Positions 52,201 through 64,000 of a stretch of 64,000 nt of DNA are shown piece by piece. The translations under genes were made by a program, and so were the position numbers. How positions within the stretch are numbered: position 1 is the stretch's first letter; every line of letters begins with the position of its first letter. Source of the stretch: Diadema antillarum (taxonomy: Eukaryota). The notes below the pieces were generated by a model, which saw only the letters and a program-made list of their open reading frames with translations, was not told the origin of the DNA and made no database searches. Location: the NCBI RefSeq assembly GCF_040938485.1, contig NW_027270954.1, forward strand, positions 806,001 to 870,000. The letters run 5' to 3'.

Positions 52201-55200
52201 CAACACACCTCTGTGAACAAACAGACACCATCAAATCACCACCTACCCGAGATTAATATTCATACTACTCTTTACTACGGTATCTTGAAATCCACTGTCG
52301 TAAAAGATTTGGTAATGATTTGCCCCAACGTTTTTGTATTTTCTAAATACAGTGTATGGCGGCCAGCCGATTTTAAGACAGAATATTGCTTGAACTAACA
52401 TTCAAAACTGTAACATGGTAGGGCTTTCCGTTATAATGTAGAAATTGGTGATCAACATAATAGTTGTATAATCTGTCATGTCTGATGTTTGTGTGAACTG
52501 GCTCAAGCGATACACTTCTAGTCCTCGACACATTTCCATGTTGCCATCCATTAGCTCTTGTATCTTCCGTTAACTTCTTATACATCTTACAGACGATTGC
52601 TGTCATATTTTCAAGCTACCGATAATCTAAAGTGAACTGTGCAGTAATCCCAATCAAAGAAAAAATTCCCGACATGGCCACGATCCGTCATCACGATACT
52701 CGATGAAGTTGCAGACATCCACTCTGTGAAAACTGCGCAGTAAGTAGATTTGACTTTTAGCTAAGAAATTAGAAATTGTTCCTTTTAAAGCAGAAAATAT
52801 GATAGCTTACTAACCATCGGTCCCAATATGAAATTTTGTGGCTGTTTTGAAATAATAAACTTTTCAGTTTTTTTTTTCATGCTTGACTGCATCTAAACTT
52901 GTACGTCGGGTGTGTGGTTTGTTTGTTTTTTCTTTTTGAAAAAATGTATTATAATGGTGACCCACTTATTTACCATTTCTGTAGTAGATTTTTGGAAATA
53001 AGTCGGCTTCGAACAAGGGGATTTTGAAAATCTCACTTTCAAAAAAAAAACCAACAAAATCAATGTTTATTGACTTTATTAAGCGTTGGTGCGCATAAGG
53101 TTTAGTGACAGATCAGTACTTTAAATAAGTGATTATCTTACCGATATCCCGGCAGGCAGTCGCATGAAAAGCCGTCTACTTCTTCTATACAGGTTCCATG
53201 GTTTAAACATGGGTTAGAAGCACACTCCTGAACATCCAGCTCACAGTAAGTTCCCTTGAATCCTGTGAAAGTTAGGTGAGCCAGCAGGATTAATGTCACG
53301 AGGAGTGACTTCTACTCCCTGTTGATATCATATAAAATTACGATTTAAATGGCAAGACAGGGGCAGGTTTGGAGTAGTCAATAACTCTTCATGTTCTCAT
53401 GCACTAAAGCTGTAACAAGTTATCTTATTAGCCTTTGCCAAATAGTTTGTACATGAAATCTAGAAATTTCCAGGTTTGTTCAAACGTAATTATGCCCCAG
53501 TCTCTATTTCTGGCTGATCATTACTCCATACTCTGGAGTTATTCAGCAACAAATAACGTTTGTTTTGCACTTTCATGCAGAAACATCGAATTTTCGTCCT
53601 ATTCTTGTACATGCTAATGGAGAACTATGAGGTGATGACATTGTCAGCTCACTATTTGCATTATTCATATCAACTGTTTGAGAACTGTTTTGCAAAAATT
53701 TGCAGATCTTTAATAGCTTAAAATTTCCTTACTTTTTTTAATCCGGTTTGATGGAACTTTCACTGTCGATGTGGCAAAAAAGTTTACTCTTCTTTTTTAG
53801 ACTATTAATTTTTAACTGGTCGGGAATTCTCCTTATAACGATTCCTTCTGAAAACAACAGCATACGTTAGATGTTTTTATTCGTTTTTCAGCTGGTTTAC
53901 AGACTTTGACAGACGATGCCCTCCGTTCTAAACTTTGGACATGTTCAAAAACCTTGGATAGCAAATTGCGGTTGTCAAATATATGCTGCTCATGCATTTA
54001 CTTGTTTCTTTATTTGCTTTTGCCGTTTTCACCGTTTCTTGGGAGGAACCCTACCGGTTTTAGACATTTATAACTGTTGGGCAAGCGAAAAACTCGACTT
54101 TCTCAAGCCACGGAACGCACCATATTTTTATACGTCTATGGAATGGTGAAACCAGCAAAAAAAAAATAGCTTAATAACGTCAAAGAAACATTTGCTTAAC
54201 GAACGCACGAGCGCATCTACTCAGGGTCAAAAACAGTCCTCGTAACGGTAGAAACGGATGGATATACGGATAGAAGAACATCTATGAACGTCTATTCATA
54301 TTTGAATAACGTTCGAAACGCATGTAAAAGTGAGAGATTAGTGCGAGAAACGCCTTCACAACGGCCAGACGGGCACGAACGGACATATCCAGCTGTTAAA
54401 TACAAAACTTGAGCCCTGCTAACTTCCCGTCGTTTGCTCCTCTGCAATAGGTGACAGTCCTGATGCTCTTCCTGATGATGTTCCTGATGAAATAGCCCTT
54501 CTGCAGGCACAACTTAATGCTCAAGCTGCTCGGCTGAGATTCTGTGAAGATGTGGTTCAAATCAACCACCAAGAAATCAACCATCCCTCTCCAGAACCTC
54601 CTTAGAATGACAGTCAGCTGGTCGATTGGTTCTACCTTGGTATGTATTGCTACAAACACTTTTTTTTTTCTTTTTGAAATTTTGCAACTTTCCATTGAAT
54701 GTTATTTTAAAAAGAACTGTTATGTGACCATTTTGTTAAATATCTGTCGTTTCCGGTGAGGATGCGTTCGGTGTACGCAAGTACATGCAAAAACCGTTTG
54801 GCCACAGGAATCTTACAAGGGAGATATGCCTCTTCAACTACCAGCTGGTGAGGGTCGCAGAGTGTCGGAAAATGCAGCCGGAATCATTGCGGATTCCAGA
54901 TTCCAGAGTCCAGATTATGCTGACCACCACGCAGCACAACCCTGTGACCTACTGTGCGGCCTCATCACTACTACCTGTGTCCTGCTCTACAACATCATGA
55001 GGACGAGATACTCGACCATGCACAACCAGCTCATGGACAGAGAAGATGACTACCATCATCAGCCAGGGCCGCCAGATGGAAGACTGCGACTGTCCAGGGA
55101 TCCATAACAGCCAACAAGGAAGGCAAGCATCTGCCCACTATCTTCACTTAGTCTGGGTCCACTTGAATGCAGGAAAAGTGTCGTGGCAGGACAACATGAT

Positions 55201-58200
55201 TTGTAGTGCCATTTTCTCACTGGATTGTAAATTGTGAGAAATAATAAACTGATGTAGATTGTTATTCAACCAGTCGAAGTATAACCTTCAAATTCTTATG
55301 TATCAGAAAACCGGATTTGAACTCACGTCATCCGACGTTTCGCCGAAAAAAATGGAAAAACCCAAATATACATGATGTGGATTACGTAAATGCAGCAATT
55401 AGTAGAACACATCAGCGAAATTTAAGGAAAAACGTACGATCTGTTGAAAAGTTATGGATTTTTAAAAATGTTGCTGGATGAGAAGACTACTACAGTTCGT
55501 GATGTCACGTATGGAAAACGATATAAAGAAAAAAAGAGAATTCCACTTTTTTGAAATAAAAAGTACACATTCCCTCGACTCGTTACTGACATTATGTTAA
55601 GGTTAATACTATTCCCCAACTTTCTGAAAGAGGTAAGTCAAGTGCTCTTTCATTATGATAGAAAAGTGAAAATAATTGTGCTGAATTTTCTTCATATTAA
55701 TTATTTTCCATTATATTGTTGTCCACACGTGACGTCACAAAGTATTGTAGTCTTCTCATCCAACGATGTCTGTCTTTACTGGCTGCCACAGTCGTCCATG
55801 CCTGTATGTAGTACTCCTTCTCATAGCTGGCATGATGGAACGAAGTGCGATGGTACGATGGTACTCCAAAATGATAGTACAGTGTGTGTATTCAAAGATG
55901 AAAAGTGATCCAAATATTATTTCAAAACAGGCGATGGGGACCGTCTAGGAGCTATGGTTGTTGTGAGGTGATGGGCGCAGCTTGGCCTTTCACAAACGGA
56001 TTTTGATAGACTTAATTCAGCCTTTTTTAAAGCCTTCTCGCTTCATACTTATAGGCCTACTTAAGCAGACGTTTCTCGAACGAATGTCGACATTACTTAT
56101 GCTGTTGTATCTACCATCCTTGGCCAAAAGGGGAAAATGTATTTATCGCCATATACTGACACCGTCTGAGGAAAATATTTAGACGGAGGCAGACAGAATC
56201 GTTAAACGGTAGTATGGGTCAGTGCCTTGAAAATAACAACCCACCCAATCGTAACAATGTCATTGTCCAAAATAAAGGCCAAGGTGACAATAACGACATA
56301 AAGACCAGGGGATCCCGTGGACAACCAACTCATTCACAGTTAGTCTTTGAACATTATTGACATGATTGTGCTTAATGGTATATAAAGCAAACCAGCTATC
56401 GTACGGACAAGTGCAATAACCACACTGAGGGTTGATCATACAGCTCTGCCGGGTTATGTTTGTAAGCCTGATTTAATTGCAAAATATTAAAATTTGGGTA
56501 ACTAGACATCAGGAAAGTTAAAATCGTACGTATGTTCCCAAGTATACTTACTCTATAATTATGCTACTCTATCGAAAAACAGCAGTCCCAATGATTGCTG
56601 TAACACTTTGCTGTATAGATATGCCTTTATAATACAGAATGTGCCGGCATTACTCTGAACCTGACACATATTGTGGGGACAAAGGACAAACATAGAACTG
56701 AAACACACGCTACAAACGTTACAATTTTCATAAATGCAATGCATGACAACTATACAACTTCGACTCTACGTTCTTGAATCACCTGGTGGACATTGGCAGG
56801 TGAAGCTGAGGACTCTGTCTTGGCAGGTTGCTCTATTTTGACACGGGTTTGACGCACACTCATCAGCTTCTTCTTCACAGAATTCGCCCGACATACCCAA
56901 TGGACATCGGCACCTGTATGCGTTGATCTGGGATTATCAAACAAACAAGCCCTGCATTGTTTTATGAGTGAATTAAGTAGACCTTTGAAAGTCTAAGGCA
57001 GTAGATGACATGTCTCAAATTGGTACGATGGCCAATGAAAGTGCCATTTATAAATACTTCCATAATCTTCAAGTCGCACAAGATCCAAACTATTCAGTTC
57101 CACACGTAATTGTTACATAATGCTCAGGATTCCCACGTGATTTATGACGTCATTTCAATCCCCAGATAGCTCACGTTTGTCTCACTCAACCGGTGACTTT
57201 TTTTTAACATTGCCAAATACCAAGTTTGCTGTCAGGTGGATGCAGCTGGCAAGCACCATCTATAGGGATTACACATGCTTATCTCAGTGAATATAAAAAC
57301 CAACCTGTCTCTCAGTACAAATGACTTTTTTTTTCTGCTCATGCGCAGACTGGAACCCCGAACTGGCTTATTAACGTTACTTTGATGCAAACATCGCCAG
57401 TAACATGAGAGAGAGAGAGAGAGGGTTACTACAATCATCACAGAACCTTGCCAGTGTGTGGACTGTGAAGGACAAAGATTGTTCTTGCGCTCAGTACCTG
57501 GTCTTCACAGACGGATCCAGCTGCACACTTATGAGCTGCACAATCGTCGATATTAGTCTGACAGTATGGCCCAGTGAATCCAGGCAGGCAGTCACAGGTG
57601 AATCCGTTGCTCTCATCGAGGACACAGAGACCACCATTTTGACAGGGATTGACGTCACAGTGAGTGGTGTGGAGCTGACACCTTGTGCCAGAAAAGCCTT
57701 CGGGGCAGCGACAGGAGAACCCGTTGACTTTATCTACACAGGTGCCTCCATTATCACAGGGGTCATCGTTGCAGTCGTCTATATCAATCTGGTTATATAC
57801 AGCAATATCGAGGTTTACAAAACGAGCGTAGATATTGTACTTGATTTTTTTTCAAACATTAGATGAATTGAGTCCGTTTTATAGTGCCAGACTCTGTGTT
57901 TAACAATATTCCTTACATCTGGTATTGATTGATTGAATGGTATTGATTTGATTTCCATACCTTCGTGAGACTTTCGACATTATTCGTCTCCGTTTCGTAA
58001 AATACTCTGTGGCGGTGACAAGTTATTTCTNNNNNNNNNNNNNNNNNNNNNNNNNNNNNNNNNNNNNNNNNNNNNNNNNNNNNNNNNNNNNNNNNNNNNN
58101 NNNNNNNNNNNNNNNNNNNNNNNNNNNNNNNNNNNNNNNNNNNNNNNNNNNNNNNNNNATCAGCCCTGACAAGTTGATTCTAATAAGGCATATAGGCACC

Positions 58201-61200
58201 AGATGACAGGAGAGAGAAAACTGTGTGACTATGATACTACTTACATTGTAATATGTTTATAGCCTTGTTACTACTACCTCAGTAATATCAAGGAGGCTGT
58301 TAAAACACATCCGGGTCAAGAGGATTATTTTGTGTGAAACAAACCCGAAAGTCTTCTTTTTTTATCAATTCCATTGCCTTATTCACTGCATTCCGACGCT
58401 CCCGAATACAGAATATAATTGAAAAAAAAAAATCAAAATCAAGTGATAATACTGTGAAACGTATGGTGCACTTAACTGAAGTACAATATCTGCATACAAA
58501 CATCAACATCGTCAAGCGCATTAAGAAAAAAAATATCAGTATTGGCCTATCATTGTATAATGCCTAAAACCGGCATGTCACTGTGGTTGAATTTGATTAG
58601 TGATTTGTGTCTCTTACAGAACACAGATCCCCTTCGTAGCCAGGCAGACATTCACAATGGTAGCTTCCCCAGTCATTCACACACTTGGCTGTGTCGACGC
58701 AAGGTGGTGTAAAGTCCTCACTGCATTCATTGACGTCGCTCTCACAGTGTATGCCGGTGAAGCCAGGTTTACAAACACACGTGTATTCGTTATTTCCATT
58801 CAAACACTCCACGGTGTTTTGTGATAGACAAGGGTTACTTCGGCACTCGTCATGATCCCTGTGGCAATATCTCCCCGTGCTGCCCGGATAGCAGTCACAT
58901 CTTGGATAATAACAAAACATTCAACGAAATTTTAAGGCCGTGTCACACCAGCCTTGCGTGCGACTTGCAAAGAACAATTTTGACTACCCGGAGGTCCCCG
59001 TAGATGATCCGCACATGACAGTACCTAGCATTTATCTCAAAAGTAGTCGCCCGGAGGTGCGCACGCATACTTTTTTACCTGCAACCGTGTTTAGTATCAA
59101 AGGTCCTGGTATTGACTGCACCTTTATTCAATCAGAATCGAGGATTCATCAAACGAGTTATTATGATATATTGTTCTACATTGCATATTATTATCAATTG
59201 TGATAGTTATTCCCTATAATAATTGGGTTTATCCATTTAGATTGTGTAGAGATTTATGTTGTTTGATTCTCATGCAGGTGATGAGTCATGATTTGATTGG
59301 TTACTAGATAAGTCTAGCTGTTCTACTAGAATCTTCTGGGAGACTAGATAAGTGTAACCATTGGTAGAATCTTCTGGAAGGCTGGGCTATATAATTATCC
59401 AGAGACTATATCTATGGGCTGTATCCCCAAGCCAAGTGCAGAGTTCTTCAAGATTCATTAACGGCCAGTTAACGATCGCCCCGTCGCTGTACAGGCATGC
59501 TAACCTGGAAACATTGAACTGCACATTACTTGAATAGGAGACCAACCTAAAAGCAAATGATTTTCTCACAACAATAGATATATAATGAATCCCACCAGGA
59601 TTGGAACAACCATCCCCACCATATAATTCCCACTGATTCCCACTGATCAGTTACTAGCCATCCCCTTTAATGATGTTTGATAGCCACTGAGTTAGTGACC
59701 GTGAACTGATCTTCAGGGTATCATGCAGGTTGATTTTCAACTTGTTTAAATCACCTCTGAGAACAACAACAACAACAAAATCAGACAGACAGAAGATACC
59801 TGCAGGTGGTTGCTAGGTTGACGCACATTCCATTTTCGCATCTGTTTTCCGAACAGAAGTCAATTTGCACGTCACAAAGGAGTCCTGTATAACCAGCTTG
59901 GCATGAACACGCAAAGGTCAGGAGTCCATCAGTGCAATCACCGTGAGTACAGGGGCTTTAGTAGAGATACAGACACACGTTGGTAGAACAGTTAAGGGAA
60001 ACAGAGGTCAACGGGCACCAAGGTATGATGGGCTCTTTTTTTTTACTTGCTTGCCCTTGTGTGCTAAAAGCTAAAGTAAACCAATGTAGTTTAGCTCTGA
60101 GTAATGAAAACAAGCACTGATGGCTAAGGCTGTTATGCCAAATATATCTGATTGTCCCATGGCGTATTACTTCACCTTCAAGGGCTTAGGCCCTATCACA
60201 TTACCACATAAAAGCTCATTAATTATTATCTTCTCATCCTGATGTCAGCTGGACAAAAAAAAAAAAAAATCTTTTGTGGGTAACTACGAAAGAGCAAGAA
60301 ACAATGAATGCCACAATTTAAAGCATGTCAAATGCTATACTATGTCACAAAACTATATCATATTTAATAGTTAATAGTAGAATTCAAATAAATCGTGAAA
60401 AAGACTAACACACATTACAGCGTTTGTGTTCATTCTATTATCCAGAACACCATGTTGTCTGTACAATTGTTATTCACTATATATTTTCAACAGATGTCGT
60501 TTCTGGTTTGATGAATCCGACTCACCTATCAGCACACCAGTCTATATCGTTCTGACAGTTGGTCCCATTATATCCTTCGGGACAGTGACACTGGTAAGAA
60601 TCTGTGAGATCGCTACAGGTGCCTCCATTCTGGCACGGTTTCGACAGACATTCGTTAATTTCATTCTCACAGCGGGCTCCTGTGTAAACGGTAACCATTA
60701 TGTGATTTAAATATCAAATATTCCAAATTAGCAGGACCTTTTAGACGACCACGCAGCCTTATTGCACAACATGAATTGCTATACATGCAGTTGTAATTAT
60801 GTCATGCTGAATTAAAATTGCTGAAATTTCACTTACAAACAGCGTAACTATACGTTCTTATTCTTATTTTCGTAAAGCAACCTACAACATCATTCAACGA
60901 ACATATTATACGTGTCAAAAAGTTAAATAGAAAAATGAAAATAGAGCATAACAAATCGGGCCTCCCATGTAAAGAGGCCCTAAAGGTTTCTTATAATTGA
61001 TGTCGAAAATGAAAAGAAGTCCGCGAGTTTTCCCGGTCTTAAGCCCCAGTCACATAATGCTCTGCGTCCGGCGTTACGTCCAAAAAAAGTCATTTTTTCC
61101 GCGGACCCCCGCGGATCCTTTGCCGTCACCAGAAATTTGTACAAAACATGCGAGCATTCCTACGAATTGGCACATAATAGTTCTGAACACTTGCGGAGAG

Positions 61201-61657
61201 TTGCGGATATTTTCGGATAGTTACGGATAGTTACAGATTGTTATTGATAATGATGGACAATTTGGTTTTCTCTTGCGATTCCTGCTAAGTCAGTGTATTA
61301 TGACAGCAAGGTTATCACATTTTGGACTGTCTTACATTGTACACTGGGGAAAACTGAAATTGAATTAGGCCTACGTACAAGTTGTGAAAAAAATCGTAAT
61401 CCTTTAATTTGCTTTACAATAATAAAAGATATACGAAATTTTGAACTTGAAGTTTGAATTTTGTTTGTGCAACTCAAATATGAATAAACGTCATAAATGT
61501 AAAGAATATAATTATGTGACCGTGCATCACAAAACGAACAAAAAGTCGCACACACTGATTTTGTGTGAGGACTGAAAATAGGTTAAATGGGTCAACCGAG
61601 CCGATCTTGACTTGGCTACCCTGGGTAAATAAGGCCTTATCATTATTATTATTATTA

Positions 61658-61688
<31 letters not shown>

Positions 61689-63629
61689 CATCATTATCAT
61701 TACTATTAATTTCAGTTTAATCTGATAATCCCTTAATTGTTGTTACTCCGGTGGTTTCCATCCTGTTTTTTGTCCCATTCATCGCACAACCAGCACGGCT
61801 TGATAAAGATAAAGCGCTTGAATAGACACTGTACTTCAGAGGCTCTTTTCTCAGTTTACACTTTTCCTGAGTGTGTGCATTCTTTCCACTATTTAGATAG
61901 GTTAGGAGAGTCCATTTGATTTGAGTAATACATCATTTTAAAGCTTAAAGTCTGCTCTTTCAGAATATGCTCTCAACTAAAATTTTATGTGTTTCGACGT
62001 TTTGTGTGTTTTGTGGTGCAGGGTCACATAACATCACTATACCACAAATAAAATACATTATAGATCGAAAAGTTAAACATTAGAGTAAGAAAATATTACT
62101 TGCAGTCATGGAATAGACAAACTGTGATTACGCTGTCGTTGCTCAGCGATATTCATGACTTACACTGGGTTGTGTTAAGGAGATATTTATGATAAAGCAA
62201 TGCTTATTAAATTTACAGAAAAAAAAGACATCAAAACTTTCAAACACCCCTCCCACACCCAAGTACAATATTAATTCATCTCTTGAAGTAATGTATTTTC
62301 TGTTTGAATTTCTTGTATGCATGTCATTTTGTAATACGCAGTAGAGTATATTGTTAATGTAGCTGCGCAATANNNNNNNNNNNNNNNNNNNNNNNNNNNN
62401 NNNNNNNNNNNNNNNNNNNNNNNNNNNNNNNNNNNNNNNNNNNNNNNNNNNNNNNNNNNNNNNNNNNNNNNNNNNNNNNNNNNNNNNNNNNNNNNNNNNN
62501 NATACACATTCGATGGAGCGTAAAGTGCATGGGTAAGACTATAGAGAAATACTAAATTCGTTCTCATTTTATATAGTTGCCCCTGTCCCACACCTTCCCC
62601 GGCCAGAAAAGTGAATAAAATGCTATCCCCATCCCCTACCCAAAATATTGCTTTTTTCAAAAATATACATTCGAAGAGTACAAGAAAAAAAAAGTTCAGC
62701 ACCAAGAGTCAACCGATGTCATGAGTATACATGATATTAATGGGTGCCACTTAAAATGACCATTAATTGAGGGAGAAATTTCATAATTTGACCATGCAGT
62801 TCTGCCTTTCCACCGCTCCGACTGTGTTGTAGCATTCCTTCAGGTAAAGGCGCTGCAGCTTGGCAACAGGAGTAGTGTGCCTTCCCACGAGTCTCTGTGT
62901 TCCCATGCGAGTGGAAAACGGAAAACGTCGGAGGACGTAATTGTCCGCAACATCCGTAGCTGTCCGTAAATATCCGTAAGCGGGCAAAACTGTTGTGATA
63001 CGTTAACTTGCGGTTAATTTCGGATACTTACGGTGGACGTAAGCGAACGCAAACGGACGGAAGGTACATTTTTTTTTTTTGCGGATGGTCTGCGTCCAAG
63101 CCACGAGTAGTTACGTTCAGTTACGGATAGTTACGTTTGGTTACGGTTACTTGCGTAATTTTGCGTCCGTGGCGTCCCTCTGCGAAATTTTGAACATTTC
63201 AAAATTTCGCAGGTTCGGCGACGTCATTTTGCGTTTCTTTACGGATGAGTTACGGACAGTTACGTCTACATACGTCCCTGCGGATGCCTGCGTCCACGCT
63301 GCGTCCCCCTGCGTCCAGTTATTCGTATCTATCCGCGGCGGACGTAATCCATCGTAAAGCACTGTGTGACTGAGTTTTTCCCCAAAAGCCTTTCTTACCC
63401 TGATACCCAGGCGGACAGCGGCATTCGAAGCTATTCTGATCCCCCGTGCATGTTCCACCGTTACTACACTGCGCCTCGGTACTGCAGAGATTGAGCTCTT
63501 CTGTACACCACTCCCCCGTCCAGCCCACTGAGCAAGTGCACCTGAAGCCAGGAGGCTTGCTGATACACACACCATTTGGTCCACAAGGGTTGTCAGTGCA
63601 GTCGTCAAGCTCATTCTCACAATTTAGTC
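37185..63629 (-). CDS. Large type-I transmembrane EGF/LamG(pentraxin)/TSP1/sushi/GCC2-3 repeat protein (SVEP1/Uninflatable-like modules); 5' end lies beyond the window
   Basis: 23 phase-compatible GT-AG exons. EGF array: 63629-63399, 60679-60526, 59955-59800, 58900-58618, 57788-57498, 56927-56783, 53262-53142, 52210-52077. LamG/PTX ([36 protein letters not shown]): 51624-51411, 51016-50817, 49044-48889. Two EGF: 48026-47793. TSP1 ([25 protein letters not shown]): 47472-47302. Sushi-like: 46972-46766. Spacer with RRKR: 45544-45369, 44856-44748 (or -44754), 43382-43212. CPxGTY/CxPCPxxTYQ repeats: 42515-42345, 41868-41689, 40616-40440. TM ([27 protein letters not shown]): 38572-38434. Tail: 38024-37929, 37338-37185. 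Confidence 0.9.
40245..40362. repeat. (CTA)n microsatellite, imperfect
   Basis: Direct observation. Confidence 0.9.
43566..44430 (+). mobile_element. 5'-truncated RTE-clade LINE (C-terminal RT region plus zinc finger), disrupted, antisense in an intron of the EGF gene
   Basis: [11 protein letters not shown]...[16 protein letters not shown]...[16 protein letters not shown], then after a frameshift and stop [25 protein letters not shown]...[12 protein letters not shown]...[21 protein letters not shown]. 3' tail cgaagcaaagccaagagaga. tgcattt occurs at 43559-43565 and 44434-44440 (possible TSD). Confidence 0.9.
45725..45850. repeat. 51-bp tandem repeat, about 2.4 copies
   Basis: cttcggttatacttcggtcatcacgtatacttcgataatacctctatca repeated; the ORF shows a 17-aa period. 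Confidence 0.8.
48356..48701. repeat. 15-bp tandem array (aatgtcagaggtaaa) x about 18 plus about 3 inverted units; probable TIR element with an expanded arm
   Basis: Direct units 48365-48645 and inverted units 48650-48695; gctgggag occurs at 48348-48355 and 48702-48709. Confidence 0.85.
54755..55202 (+). pseudogene. Decayed PIF/Harbinger transposase (DDE_Tnp_4-like) C-terminal half
   Basis: Frame-shifted pieces [57 protein letters not shown] and [10 protein letters not shown] match the Harbinger pattern GDxAFP...MKP...FNY.LSRARR.VE.AFG.L..RF...LHN...VPWQ (family knowledge). Confidence 0.8.
58031..58158. other. Assembly gap (N)
   Basis: N run. Confidence 1.
59199..59570 (+). mobile_element. 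Candidate solo LTR (372 bp)
   Basis: tgtga...tcaca termini; flanks tcaat / acaat; internal about 42-bp direct repeat (tagataagt...tagaatcttctgg); tatataa at 59388. Confidence 0.5.
61640..61710. repeat. (ATT/ATC)n microsatellite
   Basis: Direct observation. Confidence 0.9.
62373..62500. other. Assembly gap (N)
   Basis: N run. Confidence 1.
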
Positions 63630-64000
63630 CTTGGACGAAATGATTGAGACAAACTTGTGACAATTATCATATTTACAATCTGCTACATTTACCTGCTTTT
63701 TATCAGAAAGGTGATTCGTCTTGTAACACTATTCTGAAAGTAGGCCATGTTGTAAACTGAGGCTTGGGTTCGTATTGAGGGTTTGCCGTAAAATTTTGAA
63801 GATCTCAGGACTACGTAAACCGATTTTACTGAAATGTTTTCCGATTTACTCCAAAGACCTAAACAAAATTTTGTCTTTTACTAGATTTGCAAAAAAAAAA
63901 CAACCCAAAAACAAACTAGATATCATAAAGTGATTACAGTTGCAAATACGCGAAATGAAATGGAAAATGGCTCTTTGTTTGCTATATGTATACAAATGGA

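Larger units (their letters stand above)
61043..63375. mobile_element. Harbinger-like non-autonomous element ends filling most of an intron (internal inserts and an N gap)
   Basis: gccccagtcacataatgct (61043) and agcactgtgtgactgagtt (63357-63375) are inward-facing. Both sides carry acggatagttacg subrepeats and there is an aaattttgaacatttcaaaattt motif. Confidence 0.55.

Noticed and set aside
57430-57497. Apparent frameshifted EGF half after CEDQ
   Set aside because: The exon ends at cag|gtactg and joins in phase to INAYRCRC (56927), so the gene is intact and the downstream resemblance is intronic coincidence.
57405-57866. 153-aa plus-strand ORF
   Set aside because: Antisense shadow of EGF exon 57788-57498.
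37185-63629. Calling the EGF gene Notch, Crumbs, SVEP1 or uif
   Set aside because: No LNR or ankyrin repeats, no ERLI tail, and a TM segment with a domain order that differs from SVEP1/Uif; orthology cannot be shown without a search.

Overview
Eukaryotic (animal) genomic DNA, AT-rich, intron-rich, with four N gaps. Poly-G runs and frequent TAGGCCTA/TACATGTA words suggest an echinoderm such as a sea urchin (inference only). Three spliced genes were reconstructed by hand. (1) PSMC5/Rpt6, the 26S proteasome AAA-ATPase (+, 4616-17975, 11 exons), has an apparent 1-nt frameshift in exon 3 and two Tyr->His changes at normally conserved sites. (2) Enkurin (ENKUR; -, 27964-25407, 3 coding exons, 256 aa) is convergent with PSMC5. 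(3) The 3' part of a large type-I membrane protein (-, 63629-37185, 23 exons, about 1355 aa in the window) reads: >=13 EGF, LamG/pentraxin, 2 EGF, TSP1, sushi-like, spacer with RRKR, Cys-rich ephrin-receptor-like (GCC2/3) repeats, TM, short tail. It uses SVEP1/Uninflatable-type modules in a different order. Introns and intergenic DNA are dense with DNA-transposon MITEs (Tc1/mariner-, piggyBac-, hAT-, Harbinger-, EnSpm- and Kolobok-like), a 5'-truncated RTE LINE, a decayed Harbinger transposase, a candidate solo LTR and tandem arrays. No rRNA, tRNA or CRISPR array could be supported.
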